This document shows positions 1 to 11,871 of a DNA stretch of 64,000 nt, in pieces. The DNA lies in NCBI GenBank assembly GCA_964019335.1, contig OZ025686.1:186001-250000 (forward strand). The letters run 5' to 3'. A model generated the notes under the pieces. The model was given only the letters and a program-made list of their open reading frames with translations, was not told where the DNA came from and searched no databases. The stretch's first letter is position 1. Every line of letters starts with the position of its first letter. The translations under genes were made by a program, and so were the position numbers. This DNA is from Diplonema japonicum (lineage: Eukaryota; Protista; Euglenozoa: Diplonemea).

Positions 1-663
1 GAAGGGCTCCGTCCCTGTCAGCATCAAGTACGTCAAGACACCTAATGCCCAGAGGTCGTTTGGTTGCCGGTAACCTCTGCGCTTTAGCATTTCAGGTGAC
101 ATGTATTTCTGGGTCCCAACAGGTTTTTCAAGGGGGTCTTTGTTTGGGGGAAGGCTCTCGGCTGAACCGAAATCTATGAGTTTCACACAGTGCGTTGCAG
201 TTGATGGGAACATGACATTGGACGGTTTGATGTCTCTGTGGATGAGGTGCTTTGTGTGGAGGCATCCCAGTGCCTCAAGGAGCGTCTTTACTATCGTTTT
301 TGTGTTTTGTTCAGATAGTCGCTTCTTCGCGGCCAACCTGTCGCTGAGGTCGTCCCCGCCCACCCACTCGAGGACGGTGTAGAAAGTTAGCTCGTCTTCG
401 AGTAGATCCAAAAATTTAACGACGTGTGCGCTGTCTATTAATTTCAACCCGTCCATCTCCTTCCTCACTAAGTGTTCTATCCCTCTCATTTTCTTCTTCG
501 TCACCTTCACCGCTACCGTCTTCCCATCCGACTTTCTCACCGCCTTGTACACCACGCTGTACTGCCCCTCACCTCGGGCCCTGTCACTGATTTCGTAATG
601 CTGCAAAACATTACTGAACTCCTTGCATATTCGTGGCCTCACGACGATTTCGCTGTCGTTCAT
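1..663 (-). CDS. Ser/Thr protein kinase, CAMK-like (3' end outside window)
   Basis: Manual translation from ATG at 663: MNDSEIVV...GEGQYSVVYKA...VAVK...HRDIKPSN...DFG...GTQKYMSPE...DLWALGV; frame is open to the window edge. Confidence 0.92.
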   Translation of the reverse strand, partial: MNDSEIVVRPRICKEFSNVLQHYEISDRARGEGQYSVVYKAVRKSDGKTVAVKVTKKKMRGIEHLVRKEMDGLKLIDSAHVVKFLDLLEDELTFYTVLEWVGGDDLSDRLAAKKRLSEQNTKTIVKTLLEALGCLHTKHLIHRDIKPSNVMFPSTATHCVKLIDFGSAESLPPNKDPLEKPVGTQKYMSPEMLKRRGYRQPNDLWALGVLTYLMLTGTEPF

Positions 664-1086
664 ATCATGGTGTGGGGGAGGGATGCGCCTTTTCTTCTTT
701 TTCTTTTTCTTTTTTGAAAAAAAGAGAAATTTGTTGTTCAATGGGGGGGCAGGGTGGCAATAGGAATAATAACGGTAAGAATAATGTAAAATAAAAAAAA
801 ACTCGATAAAATTTCAGTGTGCATGGGGGTGCTCACTAAAAAAAAACTCAATCCCGACTTGAGAAAGCCTCTAAAAAAAGAAAATAAAAACACGACTTCA
901 CCTGGGTGGGGGGAACAAAATGTCTACCTTCCCCATTCCTTCTATTTCTGCCTAAACACGAAAGGGATGTGAGAATGTGTTTCGGGGTGCCAGGTGCTAG
1001 GAAAAAAAAAAAAAAAAGACGATGCGTAAGGGCGGACCACCCCTTAAAAAAAACTCCACTAACGAGGAAACGTGAGAAGTTATCAT

Positions 1087-4000
1087 CTAACACTTTATAT
1101 CTTTCGGGTGCAGAGGCATGCTTGCCTTCCAGACCTGCGGGTTCTGTGCATCTACGTGTACAATGCTGGCTTCAACATCGTCCAGCTGCCTTGTAACCGA
1201 TGCTTGCAAGCCAGGCATATCGGTCTCAGCGTGGGCGTCAGAAAAGTTGTACACAGACACGACCTTCCTTTTACAAGGGTCCGTCCAGCTCTCAGGGCGG
1301 ATGTGAGTGTGGTAAAACTCCACAAGCCCTTCCTTGGTAACTTTCTCCAGCTCAGCAACAATGCGCTGTGTTGTTATGTTATGATTTGCTTTTTTTTTTT
1401 TCTCCCCCCGGTTGAAGTAATACCTTTTCCTTGTCCCACCCCAGTCCGTGGAGAACCTTCTCCCTGATCTCTGAGTAAAGCTGCCCAAGGTTCCCGGGCG
1501 GAACTAGCAGTTTTTGTTTCGCACTGGAGATCACCTCCTTCAGGTCGTTCTCGCTGAACCCCCGCAGCTCCTCCTCTGTCTCCTTCAAGAACGCATCGAC
1601 ACGTTCGTGAAGTACCGACGGCGGCTGTACACCAGACTGCACCTTGAAGTTCAAGCTGAGCACGCCAAACGAACACGCGCTTGAAACACTAACAATGTAC
1701 CCAAGTTGCTGCTTTGTACGAAGTGATGTGAAAAAACGTGGCGAGATAATCTGGTGAAGCACCTCCATGTGGGCAGACATCTGGTACGTGTAAGGGCCGA
1801 GCTGGTAATGGAGTATAAGTGAAGAGTCTAGATTAGTGGGGTTCGGTGTGTGTTCGAGAATCCTGTGCTCGGCAAGTGGTGTTTCCGGTAAGGCCACCCT
1901 ATGGGGAATGGGAATCTCGCAGTGGGGAGCGTTTGTGTCCCTGCCATAGTTGTGTGCGCGAAGCGTCGCTGCAAGGTTCTTCGCGATGTCGCTGCTTGCC
2001 TCCCTCTGCTTGTTCCCGATCGCTATCACCTTCATGTTGCACGATTTCTTCACGTCTTCAAAGAACTTCACCACCGCTTCCCACGTCATGTTCCTCACCT
2101 CCTTGTCTGTCTCCGCATAGGGCGGAATAACCGTGTTGATCACTTGCGACAAGTGTGTCGCCCCTAGTTCGAGGGGGTTCTTCGTGTTTCTCGCCTCGAT
2201 CTCCCTGATCCTCTGTTCCTTCACCATGTTGAAGGTCGCTTCCTTTATATCCATTGTGAGGATGGCCTTGAGCAGTGCCTCCGTGATGGCATGCATCTTG
2301 TCGTCGTATCCGGTAACAAAAATTGAGAAGTACCCGTAGAGGAGGGAGTAGCTGAAATGCCATGGGTTGACATCCTCGAGTTCGTAAAATTGCTCAGATA
2401 GATCGATGGAGAGGATCTTGGAGACAAAAACGGTGGCAGCCTGTCCGAAAGGGGTGCTGGTGATGTCCGGAGATTCCATGTCCATTTTGAGGTACATCAT
2501 AGGGGTGTTGAAGGCAGCTTGCTTCCAGCACGTGGTGACAAGCCCTTTTGTGGACTCCTCGACCTCCACAAGATATTCAGGGTCAGCCGTTGGGTTCTCC
2601 CCCTCATACACTTCGGTTGTCTCAGGAAGGAACTTCAAGGGTGGTGGGAGCGTGTACCTCCCCACATCGCACCTTGTCGCCGCCTGGCTGTACTCTGCAT
2701 CGGTGATGTCCTTCAAGCTGTACTTCACGCCCCACCAAGGCTCCGTCTGCAGCTCAGCGTGTTCCTCAGGATGCTCATCCGCTATCATAACCAACATGTT
2801 TTTCGCCTCGAGATCCCCTAACCTTTCCTTCAGGTCATCCACGTTTAGCTCCCCCAACAACTGCTTCCCGGAAAGGAATTCCTCTGGCTCGTCGCTATGC
2901 CTCAGCTTCGCCGCGTATGCGGAGGCGCACGCGGAGCTCCTTATCTTACTGCTGGTGTCAAATTTCAGCTGCGCTACATGTCTTTCCTCCTCCCACACCC
3001 TCTTAGCTTCATCCATGTTCCCCTTCATCATTTCGATGAAGCTGAACAACTCCGCCAACACTTCAAAGGGGCGTCCGTGTCCCTCGTCCGTCAGCGTGAA
3101 GGAGACGGAAAAATGCCCGAAGTTGTCTATAATGGTCTCCGACGTCGTCAGACCGGAGATCCACCCCTTGTCGCGGAGGTACATGCATAGGGACCCCTTG
3201 CCCTCGTGGCCGAGGACGTGCGTCAAAACCCTGGAGTTCCGCTGCTTCTCGGGAACAATCTTGGAGTACGGGAACCTAACGTTCATACTCTTCTTCTTTC
3301 CGATGGGGAGGTAGTAGGCGATCTTGCCAAGCTCGGAAGGTGTGAAGTGGCTGCCTTCCCAGTCAACCTTCTTTTGAAGGCCTTTCGAGGTAACCTTTGT
3401 GAACCCCTTAAGTACCCACGACTCCATCTCATCGAGGGAGTGGTCCGACCGCATCACAAGGCTCATTATGTCCGCGGAGTAGTTCTCTGCGTAGAATGCG
3501 GAAAGCTTTTCTCTTATGTCGATACCCTTCTCCTTGGGGGTATCGAGGAGGGTGTGGAGGTTGCCGGAGCCAAACTTTGAGAAGTCGTGCTCATGGTTGG
3601 AAAGATGCTTCATGAGGTAGTAGCTGCGTTTGGAATCGCCGAGAAGGTTCTTGTGGTACTCAGACTCGATTGCATTGAGCTCCCTTAGGGTTGCGTCCTC
3701 TGTGAAGAGAGGGGACACAAAGAAGTTCAGGAAACGGTCAACGGCCCCCTCCAGGTAATCGCTGACTACGTGGAAATAGTAGCATGTAGTGGTCGTGGAG
3801 GTGTAGGCGTTGGCACCGCCACCATGTTGACGGAGGTACTGCTTGTACTCACCCTCTACGGGGTACGCTTCGTTCCCCAAGAACAGCATGTGCTCGCAGA
3901 AGTGCGCCATTCCCGGGACTTCCTTGGGGTCGCTCATGTGCCCCCTCGCCACAGCCAGTGCAACACTCGCAATCTCCTTCTCCTTCGGATTACTCACCAG

Positions 4001-4126
4001 CAGCACTGTCATTCCATTGTCCAACACCAAACCCCTGTGTTCGAGCTCATCATTCTTCGGCAGGATTGGCGTGAAGCGTGACTTTATTCCACTCATGGTT
4101 GCGAAGTTTGGAAGCACCCTTCTCAT
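1087..4126 (-). CDS. Insulysin/pitrilysin-family metallopeptidase (M16A); one intron 1366-1423
   Basis: Inverted zinc motif HFCEH, GGGANAYT, LRTKQQLGYIV. A 58-nt GTATTA...ACACAG intron joins ...WDKEK to RIVAELEK... (ORF 1087..1488 frame). Start taken at MRRVLP (4126). Confidence 0.92.
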
Positions 4127-4227
4127 GGCTACGGTGGGGGAGGGGGATTTTTTTTTTTTTTTTTTTTTTCCCAATAGCATTTCAAAAAAAAAAAAAATAA
4201 TAATAATAATAATAATAACTAAACTAA

Positions 4228-5673
4228 CTAAAGCCAAAAACCACCTTTAGCTGTGCACGACCCTCTCCGTATGCTGCCCTTTCTATACATTCCAGATCCT
4301 GTACGGGGGAGCTTGCCGGTGCTTGCCCCACCGATCATAAACGAAGGTTCCTCTTCGATATGACTGAAAGAAGAGAGTCTTCTGGAAAGAAGCCTCGTAG
4401 GAGGTTCCCGTGCAGGAGGATGGGGCGGTGCGCTCCCGCGAAGAGAAGAGGCGATTCCGGAGAGGGTGAGTGCGTAAGCGGTTTTTTTGTTTTCTCGGTT
4501 GGATTTTAGTTTTTTGCGGAGGACGTCAGCACGGGCCTGCCAGATGGCATCAAGGACAGGGTCGTCTCGACCCCGCAAAAGGATGTAAAAATACCACACG
4601 TACTCTCTGAGATAACCCCAGAGAAATGACCCGGAGTCAGCGTGTAATTTACCGATAATATTCGTTCGATGGCCCAACCCGATAGCAACGCAAAGCTGCT
4701 CGTGCTTGGACACCCACGTGGTTTGCGATCCTGTATCGCAGGACGGCGAACTGTCGTTGAGTAGATCAGGAGTTGTTTGAGTAGTTGCTTCCACAGTGTC
4801 CTTTCGAAGCTCATTGAGCTGGTGTATTGTCTTTTTTAGAGCGTCGTTTGAAACATTGACGATTCGGGTGAGCGACGGGTGAAGATTCGCTATATGAGTG
4901 TCGTCAGCGTCTTCAACAAAGGATCCGTCAAAAGATGCCGCAACGGCGTAATGAAGCCTTGCCGCGAACCGATAGAAAAACGAGAAGAATTGTTGCAATA
5001 AAACGTCTACCTTTGCAAGATTTTTCACGAGCCTCGCGAAGTTTGCGTTCATCCTGACAACGAACATCTTGACATATTGTAACAGACCGTTAAGCTCTTC
5101 AGACATGGGCTGGACTACCTCCTGAACAGAAACCAGGCTTGCGGTATGGATAAGGGTGTACCCTTCTATGGAATTCAGGTGGGAGATGACATCGGCTGGG
5201 TTATACTTGGAGAACAAAGGTTTTAACGACGATTCGTTGTGATTTTGTACCTTGTTTTTTAGAACACTCAAGTTCATGGCTATTTTAGGGTCCATTTTTT
5301 TGCACACGTTGCGGAGGCGAATATTTGTGTGAAGCCGACACGCTGTGCATTTGTCTACTCGCTGCAGCTCTTGTTCGCAGAATTCCACCAAAACATTTTT
5401 CGCGGTGTTTAAATCCCTCTCCAAACGTATCTGCTCCCTCCGTGGGATCTCCACCCCCACCGCCCCTGAGACGATGTCTTTCATGATTTCCCGTGCTATG
5501 TCCACTCCTTCGTCGCCTTCTTCCTCGTCTGCTGGGATGCTTTCCTTAACAGCATCTTTTACTTTTTTCAGAAGATCTTCCACATCCTTCACCATTCTGT
5601 ACGGCGTGCTGCACCTCTTTAAAACCACCAACACTTCTTTAAAATTCTCCTCTAAGAAACTGTGAAGACCCAT
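4228..5673 (-). CDS. Hypothetical protein, 481 aa, mostly helical with a low-complexity C-terminus
   Basis: Long ORF with coding-like composition on the gene-bearing strand; no motif recognised. Confidence 0.75.
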   Translation of the reverse strand: MGLHSFLEENFKEVLVVLKRCSTPYRMVKDVEDLLKKVKDAVKESIPADEEEGDEGVDIAREIMKDIVSGAVGVEIPRREQIRLERDLNTAKNVLVEFCEQELQRVDKCTACRLHTNIRLRNVCKKMDPKIAMNLSVLKNKVQNHNESSLKPLFSKYNPADVISHLNSIEGYTLIHTASLVSVQEVVQPMSEELNGLLQYVKMFVVRMNANFARLVKNLAKVDVLLQQFFSFFYRFAARLHYAVAASFDGSFVEDADDTHIANLHPSLTRIVNVSNDALKKTIHQLNELRKDTVEATTQTTPDLLNDSSPSCDTGSQTTWVSKHEQLCVAIGLGHRTNIIGKLHADSGSFLWGYLREYVWYFYILLRGRDDPVLDAIWQARADVLRKKLKSNRENKKTAYALTLSGIASSLRGSAPPHPPAREPPTRLLSRRLSSFSHIEEEPSFMIGGASTGKLPRTGSGMYRKGSIRRGSCTAKGGFWL

Positions 5674-5846
5674 TTCCCCCCCCCTTTTTTTTTTTTTTAA
5701 AAATAAATGTGCGTAAGTAGCAAGGATAAAAAAAAAAAAGAATATGGGGTGGAAGAGTGTTGTGGGTCAGGGAGGTGTGGGTAAGGGGAAGGCCCCTTTC
5801 TTTCTTTTTTTTTTTTTTTTTTAATTCCCCCGCTATTTCCCAGAAA

Positions 5847-5887
<41 letters not shown>

Positions 5888-6699
5888 CCACCGACTTCTT
5901 GTATTTTTCGGGTTTGACGAAGCAGGGGAGAATATGACTACGAAACAAAAGAAGAAGAAAAAAAAAGGGGAAAAAAAAAAGCCTCATTACAGCTTCATAT
6001 ATCGATGTCCTCACAGCATGGCTGCCACCACCCCCACATGTATAATGATGAGGCGGCTTTACAGTATTCCATCTTTTTTTCTGCTTCTTCTTTCAACGGG
6101 GGAGGGGAGAGAAAAGAAAATTGTGGTTTTTGTAGTTGTCGGTGTGCAGGGGCTGGACCGTATTTCTTTTTTTTTTTTTTTTTTTTAAATTTGCCAAGTA
6201 ATTCAAATTTTAATAACTCAATTACTGTAAAGAAAAAAAAAAGTAAAGAAAAACAAAATGACGGCAGTTCATCTTTTGTTTGGTTAGGGTTTGTTTTCAG
6301 GGGAAAAAAAATGTATTCTCCCCCCCCCCCCCCCCCCCCTCCCTCGTTCCTAAGAGCACTTTTTACTGGTTGTCAAGAGAGAAAGAATGTCAACAAAAAA
6401 ATCAGTGTTCAATTGTCCCACGCCGCCCGCTAAAACACTTTTACCCCTTCTTTTTTTTCCAAATAAAGATGCACAAAAAAGGAAAGGGGAGATTTTTTTT
6501 TTATTATTTTATTTTGAAAAAATAAAAGAAAGAAAGAAAGAAAAAGGCATCACTAATAAAATTAAAGTTGTCTACACCTCTCTCTTTTTTTTTTTTGCGT
6601 AATAGAAAAAACGAACAAAACAAAAAAAAACGAGAGGGAAATAATGAAGGAGGGGAAAACGCGGTTGACGGAGATAATTACCTTTTTTTATTTTTTCTT

Positions 6700-6748
6700 T
6701 TATTTTACATTCTTTGTTGCTTTGCCAAGTTCGACCTTTGTGTGTGTT

Positions 6749-6779
<31 letters not shown>

Positions 6780-6912
6780 AACTCCATTCTACTACACACC
6801 TTGGCTGCGTTGGTGGCAAACTTCAACGTGGATATAGTCTCAGGGACGTTGCTCCCCTTGGGAGATACATTCGCAAACATGAGACACTTGCAGTTTCCTC
6901 CCAATGAATCCT

Positions 6913-6962
<50 letters not shown>

Positions 6963-7093
6963 AATACCTGAAGCAACATTGTAAGCTGGCTATTCCTGAA
7001 CGGGATGTGATCCTTTTTATTAGCAAGAGAACTGATGCAGAGACCCAGTTGCGTGAGGGATTTGTTGATGTGAGTTGCTTCGATTTTACGATC

Positions 7094-7128
<35 letters not shown>

Positions 7129-9671
7129 ATTTCTTTCCACACCTCGACTTCACTTTGCTTAAGACGTTCTGAACCCGCCAAATCGACCAAATGCAGCTTA
7201 CCGTTGATGCTCTGCCCGGTGTTTTTGTTCGTTGCAACAATCCACACAGACAGGACACAATGAGACCTCGAAGAATGCTCATTCATACTTGTCCCGGCAA
7301 TAGAACGGTTCGCATACGCAGCTTCAAGTGCATCGACAACCTGTTCAGTACTCTCCACCTTGGTACGCTGCAGCGGGTTCAGAGTAACGTCACGATCCCC
7401 CTTGGTAGGAGGGCTCACTTTTACAGGCGATCTCTTATTCTGTAAATCGAAAATCTTGTCATTGTACACCTCGAGTACAGATACAGACAACTCGTAAGCA
7501 TAGTCAGCAGAGCGTTCATCTGCTATTTTAAATAGTTCTGAGACTGTTCGGAAGTTGACACCCCTGTCGTCCTGAGGACCCTCCATGGTGTAGGTTTTAC
7601 CAGAACCGGTTTGGCCGTACGCGAAAATGCACACGTAGTACCCATCGAGGACGGATATAGCAAGGCCCTTGGCCTCGTCGAAGACCTCTAGTTGCGTAGC
7701 GGACTGTGGGAAGCATTTGTCGAACTCGTATGTCTGGGTTTTGCCGTTTCCAGGGTCCTTTACCTTCAAGGTCATATCGTCGTCGAGTGTAACGCACTCC
7801 TCGTCTGAGGGCTTTATTCTGCAGTAGACCCTGATGTTGCCCTTGAGTTCCATGAGTTGGTTGTATAGTTCCCGTCTTCTTTTTTCTTCCTTTTTGTAGC
7901 GTTCTATCGCGAATTTTAAGTGTTCGTCGTTTTCCGTCATTTTTTTTATGGCGTCGTCGGCTGTTTTTCGGAGGGAATCGCGTTCCGCGGTCCATTCTGA
8001 CATTTGTGATTCGATCTCTGCGGCACGTGCCAGAGCTGACGAGGCGTTTTTGACTGCATCTTCTCGTTCTTGTTTTGCTGCGTCGCATTGTTGTGAGAGC
8101 TTTTCGATCTCGTTTTTCGCTTCCGCGCATTCTTGGTTTTTCGCTTCTAATAATTTCGACGCCTGCTCGCCTTCTTCAGCGAGGGCTCTCAGTTCAACCA
8201 GTTCCGCTTCCGTGTCGGCTCTCGCTTCTTTTTCCTTTGTTAGCTCGCTGACAGAGCTTCCGCCTTCTTTCTTCAACAATTCAATCTCTTGCAACAATTG
8301 CTTTCTTTCCTCGTCGAAGGCCTTCCCGTTCGGCTTTTCCTGTCCTTCGTTCGTTGGTGTCGATGATTTCTTCGCCTTCTCCTTCTCCAACCGCTTCTCG
8401 AGCTTTGTGTTGTACTTTTCCAACGCGGCAAGGTCTTCTTCCAACACAGCGACCTTCTTTTCCGTCTTTTTAAGACGCTTTGTCTTCTCTTTAACCTCCT
8501 CTTTGAGGGCAATGGTGTCTTCAGAAGCCTCAGCGGTAGTATTCTTCGGTGAGTGGTCTGTCTCTGCCTTCCGTTTGCCTCTTGATATGATGACAAGACA
8601 GGACTCTGTGTACCATGAATCTTCACCCGCTGCATTTCTAACACGATAGGGCATGGCTGCCCCGTCGCCTTGGTCTTCGACAATGGTGCCCTTGTCTCCT
8701 GGTTTAATACAGCCTTCGAGGTCGTTGGCGAAATCGGAGAGCGCGACCACGTCGTGCTTGTCGGGCCGTTCTCGTGGGGGTGGCGACGGGGAAGGTGAGG
8801 GGGAGGGTTTTTTCTGTTTCACTTTTTCCTCCTTCCTGCTCTTCGCTTCTTCCTTCTCGTCGGGAAGGTCCACGAGTTCATCCTCATCGAAGTCTTCATC
8901 CACACTAGACCGCCTGCTTCTTCCACGTGCTTTTTCTTTCAATGCTTCTACCTCCGCTCGCAGGCTTGCTGTGATACGGTTGGACTCTTGTAAACTGTCC
9001 TGCACGGCTACGTCTAACCACCGTTGCAGTGCCTCATCAGGTGTGTCTTTGTACTCTCTAGGCTTTGGGGATGGCTTGTCGGACTCTTGTGCAATGGTTT
9101 TCCAGTCCTCCAGTTCCAGCTGCAGTCTCCGTTCTTTTTCATGGGCGGAGGCGAGTTGCCGCTTCAGCACTGAGAGTTGTGTGTTGATGGCAGCTGCGTC
9201 GGACTTGAGTTTTTCTTTTTCAGCCTCCGACTTCGCCGCCACGTCTCGGAGCTTCAAGTTCTCTTTGGTGATAGCTTCAACTGTTTTCTGCAGCTTGTTG
9301 ACATTCGACTTCATTTTCAATGTTTTTTCGTCTTGTTTGGTGTCATCGCCACCACTGTCAGAGTCGAACCCCAGCTCCAGCCTGAGCTTTTTGTTCTTGT
9401 CGTCCGCTGTTGAAAGCCGTTCTGTGGGCGTCGAGAGCGGCAGCTGCTTCAGCTCCATCGGTCTGTTGAACCTCGGCCTGTCCTCCACCACCTTCACGTA
9501 CGTCGAAGGGAAGATCCCCATTTCCCCGTTGCCTTTCCTCCCGATCCACCACCCGCTCTTGTCCTTTTCCTCAACGCTGATTCTCTCACCAGGCTTCAAG
9601 CTGATCTGGTTGTTCTCCGCTGCCGAATAGGGGTACATGACCTCCACCAAGATCCGGTCTTTGCTCGACAT
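6700..9671 (-). CDS. Kinesin-14-type C-terminal motor with N-terminal SH3 domain; introns 7097-7142, 6911-6967, 6736-6799
   Basis: SH3 (VEVMYPY...GWWIG...GIFPSTYV), coiled coil, motor motifs LKGNIRVYCR, GQTGSGKT, NEHSSRSH, VDLAGSER, HIPFRNSQLT. Three GT-AG introns restore ...SEVE|GDRKIEAT, ...MLLQ|DSLGG, ...NAAK|VELGKATKNVK*. Confidence 0.93.
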
Positions 9672-9763
9672 TTTGTTACGATGAAGGGGCCCACCCCGCC
9701 CCCTGTACCACCCCTCTGTAGAGAATCTTAAAAAAAAAGAGAAAAAGAGAAAATAAATAGACA

Positions 9764-10480
9764 CTACAGCTGACGAAAGACGCCTTCCTCGAGTAAGTCG
9801 TGGATGTAGCTCCTGCGGATGTCCCAGGCACGTCGTGGGATGGAGGTGTTGGTGCGGTTGCGGATGTTGACGTAGATAGTGGTGGGGCGGGGGCCCCAAC
9901 GCTCATTCTCGCAATAGAGGTCTAGCTGAGTGGCGGCTTCTGGTTTGTACTTCAGTTGGGAAGTAATGTTGAGCTCGGTTCGGATCTGTCTCGCGACCCT
10001 CTTCACGTCCCACGTCCGCGTGAAGTCCAAAGAGTAGATAGCGATCACATGGACATCTGATTCCGGGGTGGCCGGCGACACCTTCGCCACACCGCACCCA
10101 AGCCCTGTGGTGTACAATGCCACGCACACCCGCTCCCATAGATCGTCTACTTCATCTCGTTCCGCCATCAGAATCCATTTCCCCAGCGTGTAGTTGTGTT
10201 TCGTGAACAATGGCGTGATGGCCGCCATGTCCACTTGGTGGACCTCCCTTGCTGCGTCCCGTTGCAACAGCTCCACTGGTACCTTTTTGTTAAACTCTTG
10301 TTCCAGCTTTGGGTGCACCGGAGGTGGTTCCCACATCTCATGCTGGTAATGTGCGCAGATCCACGGTGTGACTGTGTTCGACGTCCTGCTGGGCGGCAGC
10401 CGTGTCACAAACTCCAGCACGCTCTCCCCGCTTTTCTTGTAAGCCCACGTACCTACTTTCGGCACTAGCTCGCGCATCAT
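9764..10480 (-). CDS. DUF1917 / BLES03 (C11orf68)-like protein, eIF4E-like fold
   Basis: Family motifs GKWIL, AKVSP, HVIAIY..DF...DVKRV, LKYKPEAATQLDLY. Confidence 0.8.
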   Translation of the reverse strand: MMRELVPKVGTWAYKKSGESVLEFVTRLPPSRTSNTVTPWICAHYQHEMWEPPPVHPKLEQEFNKKVPVELLQRDAAREVHQVDMAAITPLFTKHNYTLGKWILMAERDEVDDLWERVCVALYTTGLGCGVAKVSPATPESDVHVIAIYSLDFTRTWDVKRVARQIRTELNITSQLKYKPEAATQLDLYCENERWGPRPTTIYVNIRNRTNTSIPRRAWDIRRSYIHDLLEEGVFRQL

Positions 10481-10670
10481 TTTCTTATATTAGAAAAAAA
10501 AAAAAAAAAAAAGAGGGTGCCCCTCGTTCCCCCCTCCTCCTCCTGTTTCAATTTTAGAAAAACACTCTTTTTGTGCAAATGCGAAGAATACACTTCGTTC
10601 TCGATCGATGCAGGGGGGGGGGAGGGTCATCTAGAAAGATGAAAAACCATTTTTTTTTTCCCCTCCAAAA

Positions 10671-11015
10671 TTACAGTTTCGCACGAGGCCTTATGAGCCC
10701 GGTTCGTTCTGCGTAGATAGTAGAAGCCCTTCGGAGGACAATTTGCAACACACGCCACTTCAGCCCTGCTGGGAGAGCCATCACTAGGAGGACGTCTATC
10801 ACCAAGCGGGGGTCAACATCGGCAGCCTCCGTTGTTGTTTTCTTGATTTCTTCTAGAGTCCTCAGGACAATCGATTCGCTTCTAAGGTCTGCAATGAAGG
10901 CCGCTATCTTATCAGGTCTTTCTTCTTGTATTCTGTTGCATAACGCAATCGCCAAGCTTTGTACCACGTCGTACTGCACTGCCTGGGTGAATTTACTTTT
11001 AATTCCGTTTCTCAT
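10671..11015 (-). CDS. Small hypothetical protein, 114 aa
   Basis: ATG-initiated ORF of complex sequence between homopolymer spacers, on the gene strand. Confidence 0.6.
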   Translation of the reverse strand: MRNGIKSKFTQAVQYDVVQSLAIALCNRIQEERPDKIAAFIADLRSESIVLRTLEEIKKTTTEAADVDPRLVIDVLLVMALPAGLKWRVLQIVLRRASTIYAERTGLIRPRAKL

Positions 11016-11574
11016 TTTTTTTTCTTTTTTACCACCTGCAAAATATGAATGAAAAAAAATAGGAACTGGGGCAAATCATCATAACATCTTCACGTAAAAA
11101 TGCATGGGGGGGGGGGGGGGGTAGGTAGGCGTTTCCGTGAACATATTAAAAAAAAAAGGATGAAAAATAAAAAGTGGGGGGAAGAGGGAGAGAGAGCAAC
11201 AACAGAATAATAAGAGGGGGCGGGGGTTGTTTTTTATTTCTGCGTTTTTTTTTTCTCCCCCATTTTCAGAGAGTGGAACTCAAAGCAGGGGGAGTAAAAA
11301 AAAAAAAAGGTAGATAAAACTATTCTCTTTATTATTATTATTTTTTTTTCATTACAAGATTTTATCAAAAAAAAAATTCTTTTTTTTTTCTTCTTTTTTA
11401 TCATAACCACATAGCACATTGGATGGAACGTCAGGAGGTTCTTCTGTCCCTTATTGCCCACTGTGATTCCCCCCTGTCACACTTTCCCCCCCCCCCTCTT
11501 CCTGCTGCTTATCCCTAGGCGCAACCATGGGTCGCAAAAAGGAATAAGAGCAAAAGAGAAAAAAGAGAAAAAAG

Positions 11575-11614
11575 GAGACATTTAAGGGTACCTGCGGTAT
11601 GTGGCAGGACGCCT
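11575..11614. repeat. 40-nt dispersed hairpin repeat, copy 1
   Basis: 39/40 identical to 53652-53691; CCTGC/GCAGG stem. Confidence 0.85.
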
Positions 11615-11871
11615 CCAAAATGACATCGGGGGGGAATCGATCCCGGGCCACAGGATTGGTAGCTGGCCAGGCTACCACAGGCTAGCCCCAAAAAAAAAGA
11701 GGGAAGGAGGAACCTTTAGAACAAAGGAGGATGGAGAAGAAGCGACGCGCAAAAAGGGGGGGGGAGGGAGAGAGGAAAAAAAGGAAAAAAGAAAAGCAAC
11801 GTGAGTACGGACTACGAATGAACAAGAGAGGAACAGAGAAGGTGAGGTGCATGAATCGATCTCTCTCTCTC

